Origin: Thalia democratica
Taxonomy: Eukaryota
DNA length: 64,000 nucleotides
Direction: 5' to 3'
Assembly (NCBI GenBank): GCA_965202585.1
Contig: CBDBBG010000166.1
Coordinates: 1 to 64,000 of the forward strand
The position numbers and the translations under genes were made by a program. Shown here in pieces: positions 50,234-63,919 of this stretch (the first letter of the stretch is position 1; each line of letters starts with the position of its first letter). A model generated the notes under the pieces. The model did no database searches. It was not told where the DNA came from and saw only the letters and a list, made by a program, of their open reading frames with translations.

Positions 50234-53200
50234 CTAGGCGGCGTACTCGTCGTTGTGGTCGTCATGGTGATGGTGGCTCCTCCTGGCGGACGAACGCTGC
50301 AGGTTCTCGCTGTTCTTGGTTATTTTGTGCAGTTGCCGACACTTGGGGCAGCATTTGTCTCCGCCCTGCTGGGAATCCTGCATCGCGTCCGAGAAGACGA
50401 ACTAAATTGATTTTTTTTGTTGAAATTTTGATCAGAAAATCACTGATTTATTGTGAAGTCACACCGAGCAAATATATTCAAATCAAACCTGACAGTCGAC
50501 ACTCCTGTGCCTGAGCGCCTCCTGAGTGTGCAGCCTCGAGCTCCATATTTCGGTTGTGGCGATCACCTGCGTCTGCGCCGTCACGTGACTAAACTGGAAC
50601 GCGGCGATTCCCCTGCACAACCTCAACATTGACAAGGTGCGGAAGATCTGCGGGTGAAAACTCAAAGTATAAGAGAGAGTAAAGCACCATAAAGTATGTA
50701 AATTTAGCTTTCAATAGGGCCAAATGTTGATTTTGTTAAAATATTATTACAATCCCTTATGGCCTTAATCATGTACTCTACTAATTAACAGATATTAGTT
50801 TAAAAGTTTTAGTTACAGTATTATAAGGTGATAGAGTTATGAATGCGGAAAACCTGTGGTCGAAAATTTGTCACGTATTGTTTTGTAAACTAAACCATTT
50901 AAACTTGCTATTTAAAATAAATTCTATTAGTAGGAAAGTTAGTTACTATGTCCATACTATCTAGAATATTTTTCGTACTTTTTTTTCTAAATCATTGTAC
51001 TATTGCTAAGTGCTAGATTGTAAACTATAGCAAATAAGTTTGTGTTTATTTGGTATTTTCACTGAATGCATCTAATATTTCAGATTTAAAAAGTCAAACT
51101 TGTTGACGGTAAAAGATTAGAAAATAACATTTGTGTTAATAACATAAGTGTTGAAAAAAATGAAAAAAGGTAAAAAAAATACTGACATGTTTCTTTCACA
51201 CTTTTTAGGAAAACATTGCTGAAAAACAGTCTCATGTAAACTTCGTTTAAAATATATCACCGCTGCACGGCGTTAGTGAGCAGTTATGAAGCTTATTGGA
51301 AGTTGGCCGATGAGTCATAAGCGCTCAACTCGCATTTCAACAAATTCAACATTCGACAAATCTTCATATGAACTCCTCACCTCGCGAGTGAAGTGCGTTT
51401 TTCAAATTTTTCACAACATAAAGGTGCAAGAAACTTATGATTCTTCAACAGAATACTAAAAAAAAACATATCAGCGGGCTTCGCACAAATTAATAAAGTT
51501 TCTAGTCAACAAAACTTCATGGTAAATCTTATACCAAAATGAATTAAAAAAAATAAACAATAAATGCGCAAGAAAAATCACAAACAAATTGTTATTTGCG
51601 TTTAAAAGCAGCAACGGAACAAATGCCCGGTGGAACGCAAACAACAAGGAAATAGGCTTTTCGAAAACCTCAAAAATTTTGAAACAGTATACGCGAGCGC
51701 AGTCCGTTTCTCACTTTTCAACTTTCAACTCTGGGTGGCGCTGCATCAAATTTTTCTCAACCGATAGACCAGCTACACACTGCGCGGCCGAAGTACAGTT
51801 GTCTGCAGCGAAACAAGGAAGTTTGAAGCGAACGTGGCACTAGTAATTAAATGAACTTTTTTTTGCGGATTTGGCTTGAAAAATGTGAGTGTATTATGAA
51901 CGTTTTGTTTGAAATTAAATAGTTTAAATTTAGTTTTTTTTGATGCTTTTGTAGGCAGACATATCTTTTGAAAACTGTTTTCAAATAAATAATGTAAAAA
52001 TTAGAACAAAAATTGCTAATTTATTATGCGTGTTGACGATATATTCAAAAATAAAATTGCAAGTGCTCATAAAGCGGTATATAACTTTAAATTTAAACAA
52101 TAAATGTCATAACATTTTACAAAAATATATCTGCATAAGCTTATTAAGTTGAAAAATAAAAGATTATATTAGGAAATATTTTAAAGGCCGTTGTTAGTTT
52201 AACTAAATCCTTTATACACTCTAAGCTTGTAAAGTAATAACATAAAACATTAGTTAATAATTTAATATAGATCACTGACAATGTTTATGATCATAAAGTT
52301 AAAACAAGGTGGAAAATAAGTTTTGAAACTTAAAACTAAAAAAAAATATTAAAATACTTTTATAAAATGTTGTACTCAAGTATTTTAGACGTGTAAATTA
52401 ATACAGTTGAAACTAATCAAATGAAACTGGCTGTTAGTTTCACCACTTAGAACAATAATATTTTTCTATTGCTTCAAATAAACAGATAAAAAAATAGTTT
52501 CTCTAAAATAGTTTTTAAGATGTGAGTCAATTCATTGACAACAAAACATTACTTATTACTGGTAAAGTTTATCGACTCGCATTTAGCAGTACTGCTTACA
52601 AAAAAGTACAGTTGCTTTGCTATCAGCTAAACTTCTTCTGCTACTTTCTCATACAATACACCTTTTGATTTGAATAAATTACAAAAAAAAGGAAATGTTA
52701 CCATGATAAACTATTAAAATTTACAATTAGTATCAAGTATAATTTTTTTTTTCCATTCAAAAATAAATAATAAAAATAAATGTTAATGTAAATAAAATGA
52801 AATATTATTGCACTCTGAATGAATCTTGTGGTCAGAAAAAATTAATTAGTAAGTGGCAAGCTATTATAAAAATAAACAACTTTATAAACACCAACTCTTT
52901 GAAATAAAAAACCATCAATGTAAATGATAAAGCTTAATCCTAAAATAACATGGTTTGCAAAAGATTAACTTTCAAAAGACTGAGTCAACGCTCTGAATAA
53001 TTTAAAGTAAATTAAACCTAATTTCATAATAACTAATGAAAATTAAATGGTTAAATTGGGAGAATTTGCAGTTCAACAGCAAACATCACAAAGTAAACTA
53101 ATTGGTATTCGACTCTACAACTAAAAAAACTAAACTGTTTTATAAGCTTATCTTAATTATACCGGTTAGTCAGCAGAGAAAATGCAGCTTTGTTTAAGTT

Positions 53201-56200
53201 CGAAATATATAAATGTATCTGAAGTTAAATAAAATATTAAATGAATGCAGTGCAGATATAACCCACTTACAAAAAAGTTAATAGTTATATAAATCTTTAA
53301 TAACAAAATGGATTGTATAGTTGTAAACTTACAGACTAAAATAAATTAATAAAAAGTCATATACAATGTCAAACTTTTTTGTTGCCCTAGGAAAAACTTT
53401 CAATAACATAGAATTAAATTTTAATATAGTTAATTTTACTTTAAAAAGTTTTACTGCGAGAAATATTGTAGAATCAATGGAATTTAGTTTAAAAAATATT
53501 ACTAAACCTTAGGGGTGATAACTAAATAAAGAACGAAAAATATTGTAAAATAAGTATTGTAAACTTATGCCGAGAGGGAAATCACGCAATAGAATTTGGT
53601 AAACACTGCACTAAACAGAGTTTCTCTGTAAAAAGAAAGACTTGTAAAAAGTTGTTTACAACCCGCAATATTTTGATGGGCGACCTGAGATGACCAAACT
53701 AACCAGCTGGACTTAACAAGCTATTTTATTCACAATTAAATATATGTCACAGTGTCGAACCAACGGAACCTAAACTTGCAACATTTTGCTGAACAAACAA
53801 TTAAGACAAACACAACTTTAGCTATCAAACCTGCAATATTTTGCCGGGCTCGGCTACGCAGGCGTGTATTGTTATAGTTGATTTAATTTTACTAGCTTTT
53901 ATTAAATGTGTGTTATATTGCAAAATCAACACAATTTTCAATAGAACTCTATTTTGTACTGCTAAATCAGGATGCCCTAAAGTGTCACAACCTTGATAAT
54001 ACAACACCAAACAAACAATCTAAATTAGCTGTCCACCAACCTGCAGTATTTTTCCGGGCGACCTCAGCCTCGCGGGTATGACGTCACCGACGGGGGTGAC
54101 CACCAGGCGGCTCATGACGTACAGCCTGATGGTGAAGTCGCTGTGCACCTGCAGCTCCCTGTACACCCGCTTGCCGTCGCACACCACGTGGTCGTCGAAC
54201 TTGACCCACTCCATCATGCGGGGCGGGTGGTTGCCCAGAGGCAGCATGCGCCACCCGAACTTCTCCACCTGGCGAAGTTCCTGCGAAAATGCGCGAAAAT
54301 GTTTGCGTGTTTGTGCAAGTTTCGAGTAGAGTTCGAATGCGAGTGTCAATAAAAAGGCATTTCAAACTTAATTGGGTGAAAACTTGGTGGTCATTTTTTA
54401 TTTATTAACGATAGTTTTACACATAAACTCATAAATAAATAAAAACTACGAGCAGTTCAGTATATATTTTCAAGTATTTTCTAGTGTGACAAATTTTATA
54501 AAAAATATTTTTTTTTAGATCTTAGAAAACTCACTGCGAGCTGTTTCCACTCGAGCAGCTTCACGTGACCCACTCCGTTCGATGACGTCACGCTTATGTC
54601 GTTTGAGTCCTCGTCGTTTATCTCTATGACGTCATTGCTGTCGTTGAAGCTGACGTCACCGCTCTTCCTCCTCTTGCTCGGACCCGCTTCCCCGTTGGCG
54701 TTGACGTCCTCGTCCGAGTGGTCGTGTCCCATCGGCCTCTTTCCCGACGACCACGTCGACGCCGGGCTGCCCTCGTGGTTTTGGAAGAGGGAAACTCCCG
54801 AACGCGGGAACTTGTTGTTGAAGGGGCGGCAGGGACGGATGTTCTGGTACAGCCACTCGCGCTTGTTGTGCACTGATCTGTGGTGTAAATTAATTATTCA
54901 TTTACAGCCGATGTAGTTGATCAAACTTTAAAAAAAAAATTTTTATGCTGACAAAGTGATAAGTTTTGACCTTTTTTAAACCAAAAAAAAATCTAAAATA
55001 TGCAATTTAATAGTAAATATTTTTACCTGATTTTTGATCTGACTACATTTTAACCGCTACTAAATATTAGTTTTGGAAAGCTTGTGTACTTATCAGTTGT
55101 TATTCCAACAACAACACTTTAGTTGTACTTGATCGTTTTATCCCTCACCTGTTATTGGCGTCTTTCACTTGTCTCCTGATGTGCTTGGCGTCGGGAAACA
55201 CGATCTTGATCATTCTGCCGATGTGCGACAGGAACCTGACCTTGTTGTAGTGCACTTTGTTGTACTGCTCCAAAACTTCCTGCGAACGCACGTTCGATCC
55301 CTCGCAATACTCGTAATTGTTTTGCAGCCTGCGACATTAATGACATTTTCGAGTTACTTAGATTTAATTTTTACTTGCTAACTCAGATTACTATTTGCAA
55401 ATTAAAGACTTCAATATAATAAAAAAAGTTAAATTTTAAATTTAAAAACATGTAGGTCTAGTATTAAGCAAATGATGCAGAGTTAGTGCATAAATATTAA
55501 AACTTAAAGAACTAATAGAATTTTAAGTAAACTTCTGATTATCAATGCATACTTATGCCTATCATAAGACAATGTTAGCGCAGAAGGATTTATTATCATC
55601 AATATAATACTAGGACAATTTTAAGTGAAAAGTTTTAAAAGCTAAAAAATAAAAATAAAATCAAACCAGTTGCGAATGTCAATAGAGTTCTGCCCGTTCA
55701 ATACGGTGATTGTGTTGATCACCGAGGACCTTTCCTCCACCGCTGCGTCTTCTTCATCGCTGTTTATCGATGACTTCACTGAGATCTGCGGACTTCTGCT
55801 GTGCTGGTTGTACGTGGACCTCTTCTGCTGCATGCTGTCGTAGAAAGCGTTCCTTTCGAGCACCAGGCTGTTGTGAAAAACATTAAATTTTGTCGTGTGG
55901 CAAACAATGAATCAAGTCATTAGTCAATGTGTGATCAAATAACGAAAGCCGGCACCTTTTATAAACAAGCTAGTGATTATACAATACATTTGATGAAACA
56001 CGTTTATTTGCGTAGTCGCAAGTTATCACAGGATCGAAATGGACGGACTTAAGAGTGGAACCGTTATGAAAGGATTTTGTAAACAAAATATTGAAGAAAG
56101 GTGAGTTAAATGAAATGAAGTTTTGTTGTTGTTGTGTATCAGATGGTTACAAATTTGTATTTTTAATGCTAAAAATTTTGCAGTTGATGATAGACTTTGT

Positions 56201-59200
56201 TTAAGTTGCATCAAGTTATTGTTTTTTACTTTTGTTGATAGAAGCTACTAGTTTTAAAGACGCATAATTAACAACATTAAACTTTATTTAGGTTACGTCG
56301 TTTCACTGGAAAACAGTTCCCAAAAAACAGAAAATATCTAGGTAGAAAGCTAAAAATTTATTATTTTGCCAGAAGTTTTCAATTGATGATACGTCGTTAT
56401 TATGATAGTATCAAATTCTTATTTTTACTAAATCGGATATTTCAAATGGGTTTGGGCGGATATTAAAGTAGCATGTCTTTGAAACTAAATCTGTTTAAAA
56501 ATCAATCAACTTCTGGGTTTTATTTTTAATAAGCGATTCAGTTACTAAACGATTAAACTTTTTTTTGTGTCGAAAGAAAGGTATACTTGAACTACGATCA
56601 TTAAGAAGAAAAAACCGAGAAAACCGAAAAAGATAATTTTCAAAACATAAGTGATGCTTTTTGAAAACGACAGAAAATCAAAAGATAAAGGTTTTTTATA
56701 CAGAATTATATAAATTACAACTGTTAGATACTTTAATAATTCTGTCAGCATTTGTATAGTTCATAAAATCTTACTTATTAACTTTTTTATTTCAACATTT
56801 AATAAAAACTATAGAAAAGACTTTTACAACCGACCTCAGTTGCTAGTTTTTATTGTCTTGACAAAAATAACCATAATGTGGGTGTTTTTCCTCAATTTAT
56901 TTTAAACAGAATTTAAGCAAATGTACTTCTTTAACCCTGAATACTTTTCGAACATGCTAACTTTTATCTTTAATAAAACGACAATTTAGACTTTCTTACG
57001 TTGCTTGCATCTGGTAGTTTAATAAAAACAATTTTAAAACGAATCAAAAACATGCAATTAAATATTTACCGCCATTGAGCTTATTAGACTAGATTTTTAT
57101 AGTTAAAATTCGACTAAATCGAAACGGTAGTTGCTAAAATTCTAGAAAAAGAATTATCATACCTCATTAATTTTTGTTAAAACACTTTCTATATTTCTAT
57201 TAATATACAAAGTTTATGATTAACACCTGTTTGTTGAAACACCATTATCATTTTTTTATAATTTCAGTTATGCCATTAAATTTTTATCGTAGAAAAATGT
57301 ACACCTAAAACATAATCGTAAGTTTAATTCTGCACACACAAACATCTTAAAAAAGCAAAAGTTTGGTAGACAGTCGGAAATATTTTTAAAACTTTTGCTG
57401 GAAAGTTTTACTTTTAATCTAAATTTGTTGCTCGGTAAGGTTTTTTTCAACAGTGTGTAAATAAAATTTTGGAAAACTTTATACTGAAGAGTTATTTCTC
57501 GAAAACATAATTGCGCACATATTGCGCAATAGAAGCTCATCATTAATTACGTTTTTATGTGATTAGTAAGAATCTGAAGCTTAAATAAAATATTTTATAT
57601 AATAGAGCTGTATTCAAACTGATAGATACTTCTTGTGCGGCTTTGTTAACCTGGTAATTTTATAATTGAACATTTTATATGTTTCTAAGAACAAACCTAC
57701 TAGTTTCAAAAAGCGCCGAAAAAAAGAAGAATCAAATTTAGTTATAATATGATTTAAACATAAACCAAAACACAAATATAATTCTATAAGTGTATTAACT
57801 GTAAAATATTGAATAGCATTTTGGTAAAGTTTGATACACGATTGTAATGACTGTTTTTTTTGATATTCTGTAATAAATTTATATCAGAATCATTAATAAA
57901 AAATTTTGCGTAATATAATTTTAAAGTTTTAGATATGATTATTATTATGAATACTCATTATGTTTAGAATATCATAAACTGTTTGAAATTATAATTAAAA
58001 TATAAGACTTTTGTATAAATATAATTAACTTAAACACTTTAAGTTTCACGAAAAAAAACTTAAAAAATTTACTTCATTTTTTTAATAAAATAGACTGCGA
58101 AAAGTTAACAAAGTTGAAACTTTACTGTACTTGCATTATTTTTTTGCAAGATTATAAAAAAAGGACCAAGCTACACGTCCGTCAAACACGATGTTTGAAA
58201 TAAAAAACTACAAGTTAAAAAAATTAACGAAGCAAAAACCCAATTATTTATCAAGCTTTACAAGTAATTTTTCCAATTAGTAATACTTAGGTTTAAATAC
58301 TTTATTTTACATAAATTGATATAACAGGGAATAAGAAATTATCGAGCAAATACACAAGCTACAATGTATTGGTGTTATTAAAAAATTTAGTGAGGATAAC
58401 AACAAACAAGTCGAAAACACCATAAACCACACATAGGCGCTTAATTGCAAACATGTACAACTTTTTACGTTTTTTAGAAATTTTTATGTGTGTATTATAC
58501 AGGAGGAAACAAAATTCGAAAAATTTCACCTTACAGTCACTGAATGCTTATAAATATCGTTTTTGTTTTTAAAGAAAGCTCAAAACACGTTTGACCGTTG
58601 CCGTTTTAGATAGTCTTACTAAAAGTTGTGTTTTTTTAACATTTAACTAAAATTATTCACTTGCGATGATTCAATAGTTTCACTGCTTAACTAATGCTAG
58701 TTGAATTGTATAAAAACTATTTTAGGTTTCAATTTATTTTAGTTAAATATGCCAAACTTTTCAGCTTTTATTAAAATTACATAAGCAATTATAATAAATA
58801 GAAAAGTATAAAATAACTCAATAGTATTAAACAAAAAAACCTGACATTAGACATGACACCTTAAATTAGTACTAATAAACATCACAATATTTATGTTTAT
58901 AATTATTATTTTCAAAGCTTAAAAAGTTTATGCTTAATTAAAAAAATCAAGTACAAAAACAATCAGCACGTTTCAACGGCAATTCTTAAATGCAAACGTC
59001 AGAAAAAATACCATAAAGTACTCGGTTCGCAAACGCAGGCAAGAAAATTCTGAAATAAAGCGGGCAATAGAGGAAATACCTGGCAATCGAAGCCTCGAGC
59101 ACGCACAGTGCCAGCGTGGCAGAAGAAAAACTGCCTTTCTGGTCTGCTAGCAACCGAAACGGCAACTTGTGTGCGTGTGTGGCAGCAGAAAGGAGAGAGA

Positions 59201-62200
59201 GAGGCAAGCAAGCAGCAGAGTGAGCGGTGCGCGCAGTCAGCAGGAGTGGGAGAGAAGGGAAGAGAGAAGGTGGGAGGGGGGCCGATACAAGGAGCTGTGT
59301 TCGTGCAGTGTATGTGGTACAGCAGCAGAGAAATTCGAAGCGTCACGACTTCGATATACTGCTTGTGCTTTATAAGGTATGGCAGCCGCCCGTTTTGAAT
59401 TTTGCTTTTTTTTTTGTGAATTTTTAAACGAAGGGTACGGGCGAGTTTTTTGATGGCCGTTTAAAGTGCACAGTGCATTTAAAGGAAACTATTGGGTTTT
59501 AAACTACGTTTGAAATTGTTTGTGGTACAATAAGATAATAATTTCAAACGTTTTCCAATACTGTAACCAACAAGCTATTATAATAACTTATTTCAAGGTT
59601 AAAAGTTACACGAGAAAATTATTCAAAAACGAAATAAATTTCAACTTAAATGTCAACATTAAAACATTAATAATAATATTCTAACCTGTTTCTGTTGGAA
59701 ATGTTGGTCTTGCAGCTCCACAATGTCTTTCCGCTCGACCGAGGAGGCAGATTCGTTGCTGCTGAAAAAAAAACCAAATTAAAATCCGATACATACAGAA
59801 GGTGGTGGGCAGCACACAAACACGTCGATAATTCGCTGCTCAAAGCGGATACTGCCAAACAGTAAAGTGAATTATTTCGCAGCGCGCGCGTTTGGACTGC
59901 TTTGCCACATAGCTGCTGATGTGGTGGTCGTAAAACAAGTGTATGAAAGAGCTGGTGGTATGAGTTTTGCTGCGTGCAAAAATTTCGTCAACACTTTTTT
60001 ACGGTCTGACGTGTACGTATTTTGATAAGTCGCTCGTGGGCGGGTCGTGTTTATTTAAATTTCGCACGGTGAGGCGAGGACTGTCATTTGTAATTTCGAA
60101 TGGATTGTATTTTGTTATTACTATTTTTAACCTGGTAAGAAAATAATTATGTTGAGTTATAAAGCTTTATGTGATGCTTGAAATTTTTTTAATTACCCAA
60201 AATAAATCTTGGCATTTTGTAACGGAAGTTACAACTTAACATTTGTGTTGTGTGCTTTATAAACTCTATGTTAAAGTGCATTACATTTTTACAAAGCCTT
60301 GTTCTAATTTGTAATAAGCTTGTTTATTAACTTAAGTTATAAAAAATAATCTAAAGAAATAAAACTGAAATGTTACACTGTAATTTATTCTATTAATTAA
60401 GTTAGTAGTACAGAATTACATTATTTTGTGTTTTATTTTAAAAAGAAAAAAAATTAAACCTATGATAAAATTTATTAAAAGCTAAAAACATTGTTTACGT
60501 TTAAAAAAATGTTGGTAATCTGCGTTTAGTAATAAAACCAATTTACACTTTAGTGAAACTAGATAATGTATGAATTTTGACACTTATTTGTATTTTTCAA
60601 ATCAACAAAAAATGTTTACCAAACTATTTTTTCGGAACATGCTAACCAGAAGAAAAAATTTTAACGAAACAAATTCATGTTACCTAACAAAAGACAGGAC
60701 TTAGCAGACAGATGTAATTTTTTCAGCAGACTGTCTGAATAATTTGATTTATCACTGTACAAACAACTTGAATAATTACCTGTATTATAATGAAGCCCAC
60801 AATTGACTTTCCCTTAACAAATGTAGATAATTAGTTTATCTACACTTTACTTAAAACATAATTTTTGGGTGGTCGGTTAATAGTGTATATTTTGTTTTTA
60901 TTAGTTAAACACATTTTCAACATTAGTAATACAATTAAGACCTATAAATGTGCTAAGCATTATTGAAACTTCTAAAGAACTACTTTGTTAAGGTAAAACT
61001 TTTATAAATAAAACTTCTTTAAAAATTTGTTTAATTTTCAAAGAAATAAAAATATTACTTCAATTTAAAGTAGAAATCAGTTTTAAATGTAAGTAATACT
61101 TAAACAGTTAACTTCCTATAAGTAATGACTATAATGATTTTAACCAGAGTTCATAAATATATTTTCTAAAAAAACACTTAGAGCCGCATAATAAAATAGA
61201 ATTAAAAATAAAATAAACTTAACGCTAGCCAAATTTGTGTATAAGTAATCATAAGTTAGTTCTGCAGAAATATAAATTAAAAAAATCAATTAGTCTCACT
61301 TTATAATGATTCTTAAAAATATTTTATTGAACTAAATTAAGTTCAGCTTTGTACAAAAATAATACTTTTTATGTTTGTTATTTTTAATTAGCCTACGCCC
61401 CTGAGACTTGGTAAGTCTGAACATTAAAGTATTTCTATCATGTGGCTTTATGTATTGGTTGAAAAAGTAAAGTTATAATTATGTTCCATCTAAACAGTAA
61501 ATTTTAAGAAGCATATGTAAAAACTTAGTTTGCAAAATAGGAGCACATGACTTCTAGAAACGTTTCCGTTGTCTTTGATCATTGATTTCAACATGTAATA
61601 TATAACATAATTACAAAATATAAAATTAAAAACACTAACAGGCAGGTGGGTCGTTCCCATTGTCCTTGATCATTGATTTCAGGCACAGGTTTTTGTACAC
61701 CCACACGCGTTTGCCCTGCACGGTGATCTTGCACCTCTGTATGTCCGGAAACATGCGTCTCACCAGCATGCCTATCTGTGAGAACGAATTACTTGATAAG
61801 GCAATTGTATATGACAAAAGTTAAGCTAAAACAGATATCTGAAAAAAAATTACTTGATTAGTTTAGTGTATAAAAAGTAAGTTAAGCTTAAACTGAAATT
61901 ATGATACTTACACATTAGTAAACTTTCTATAATACAATTTAAGCTAAAACAAACATCAAAAAAAATTGTTTGATTGCTTAACATTTAGAAAAAAAATATA
62001 AATATTCAAAAATAACCAATAAGTTAAGTATAAAGAACTTAGACTTTATATAAATAAAAATATACAATCTAAAATGAACTACATTACATAACTTGTTATT
62101 TTTGTTTGAATTTAAACATATGTTAAGCCAAAAACCTTTTTGTTCTTATAACATCATTCTTTTATTTTAGTTTTAAAGCAAACATAATACAGAGTTAACT

Positions 62201-63544
62201 AAGATAAATAAAAACTTTAAAAATTTATGACTTGTACTAAATTATAAATCTAATACCTAATGAAAACTAAAGTATTAAATTAACCATGTAATGTGCTATC
62301 AGTAAAATAAAACTAAGAAACATATTTTGTTTCTTAAAAAAATATTACTAATTTTACTGTTAAAACATACTATAAAAGTTGTTAAAGCTGATAAAAAACA
62401 TATTTATTGATTAACAGACAACAAATATTTTTTGTGAAATCACTCACTTTGTGGTTACTTACTTTATGACAACTGGCACGTAAGTCGTTGGCGGCGTTCG
62501 GGTCAGCATCCTGTGCCTGATGGTAAGCCTCCAAGACCTCGGAGGCAGAAAGTCTGTACCCGCTCCTCAAGCACAAGTTCTCTTGCACCCTGTTTGTTTT
62601 TGCATATAAAAATTTAACAAACTTTTTGTTAAGGAAACTAAAATTTTAGATAACTTCATTTGAATTTTAATTAAAAAAGAGTCAGGAGAGTCAACAAAAC
62701 TTCTAAAACTTTATTTTATATCTACAGTAACAACATTATAATATTTAAAATTCTCAAATCGTCCTTAGGTATGTCAATTATTCTTTGTGATACTTTGCCA
62801 TTATCTTATAAAAGTACTTCAAACAATACAATGAGTATAAAAAATAAAAATTTTGTTGATTTTTTTGAAGTAAAATAGTTTTTATACATAGTATTTTATA
62901 TCTAAAAAGTTTTTAAACATAAGATGGTAAAGTCTGCACTTTAGCACACATGTACAGTACAAGTGTACAAATTTTTTTTCAAAATTTCAACTCACCAATT
63001 CCACACATACATGTCAGATGACTTGACAATGTTTCTCTTTTGCGGTTCCACACTGAGAAGTGCAGACGACTCTTTTTGAAGCCACCGTTGTATTTAGAGC
63101 TTCCGCTCCATTCTGCCAGAAAGTTGCTTCCAGACAATTCCCCATTGTCCTGTTCCATGGGCTCTGGCAGGGCTATTGTCAGCTCTGGTTCGTCGTTCAG
63201 GCTTTCATCTTTTAGACTTTCCTCCTTGATGTTCTCTGACTTGATGCTCTCCGACTTGATGCTTTCAGATTTGATGCTTTCTGTTTTGTTCACTTCTACT
63301 TTCAAGCTACCTTCATTGTTGATTTCAGCGTCAATACTTCCATCTCTGGAAATCTCTACTTTAAACTCTGGTTCTTTTGCATCTTCTGGTGACAAGGCGC
63401 TCGCTTTACTTTCTTCAGCATCTTTTTCAGACTTTGGTGTCCCAGGGGAGCCTGCAAAAGATTGACGGTCAGCATCTTCAGTTGCAGCATCTATGTTTGA
63501 AGTTACTGCTTCATCTTTTATTTCAAGCTCATTTCCCTTTATTC
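50234..63544 (-). CDS. Uncharacterised putative DNA-binding protein: acidic/SUMO-motif region, two RFX-like winged-helix domains, C-terminal Cys cluster; 5' end outside the window. Exons 63544-62996, 62589-62463, 61775-61640, 59761-59686, 55867-55667, 55328-55149, 54877-54535, 54280-54041, 50647-50489, 50401-50234 (TAG)
   Basis: All junctions are GT-AG and phase-consistent after one added base near 63093. WH1: WVQENL...EVLEAY...KIGMLVRRMFPDIQRCKITVQGKRVWVYKNL. WH2: WLQNNYEYCEGSNVRSQEVLEQY...HIGRMIKIVFPDAKHIRR...REWLYQNI. C-terminus: LRLCRG...RHRSVDCQF...CCPKCRQL. Confidence 0.8.
59080..59460 (-). promoter_or_regulatory. GC/CT-rich island ending in donor CAG|GTATTT (59080): candidate internal promoter / alternative first exon of the WH gene
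   Basis: Abrupt GC and (CT)n-rich patch in an AT-rich intron; the donor phase is compatible with exon 55867. Confidence 0.4.
63211..63283 (-). repeat. 15-bp coding tandem repeat (SIKSE x3, NIKEE, SLKDE)
   Basis: ttgatgct units visible directly; translation from the ORF track. Confidence 0.9.
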
Positions 63545-63919
63545 CTGCAAAAGTAATTTAAAAAATTAGAAAGTTCAACTATTTGTTTTTACACTCATAC
63601 ACTAAGAAAAAATTGTTAGTAATTTAAAAATAGACAGATTGTGCTATGTTTAAAGTCTATAGTTTATTTTATACTTTGTATTTATAACTTTATAATTTTT
63701 TCAAAAAAAAGTAGTTTTAATACCTTAGCAAAACAATTCTTTAAAAATTTAAAAGTGTTGTATAAAAAATTAAAACTCAAGCTGTGTATGTTATTTTAAA
63801 CTTTAATACAAGTTCAAAAAAAAAAAATTTATAAGTTTATTTTAATTTAGCCTACAACAAAATTAAAAAAAATATATTGAAAATGAACTTTCAAAAAATA
63901 TTATACTACTGTGAAAAAT

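Noticed and set aside
59080-59165. 86-nt internal coding cassette LPFRLLADQKG...SIA in the WH gene
   Set aside because: It fits only if exon 59761 is read in a frame incompatible with the phase-1 donor at 61640; the direct 59686-55867 splice already works.
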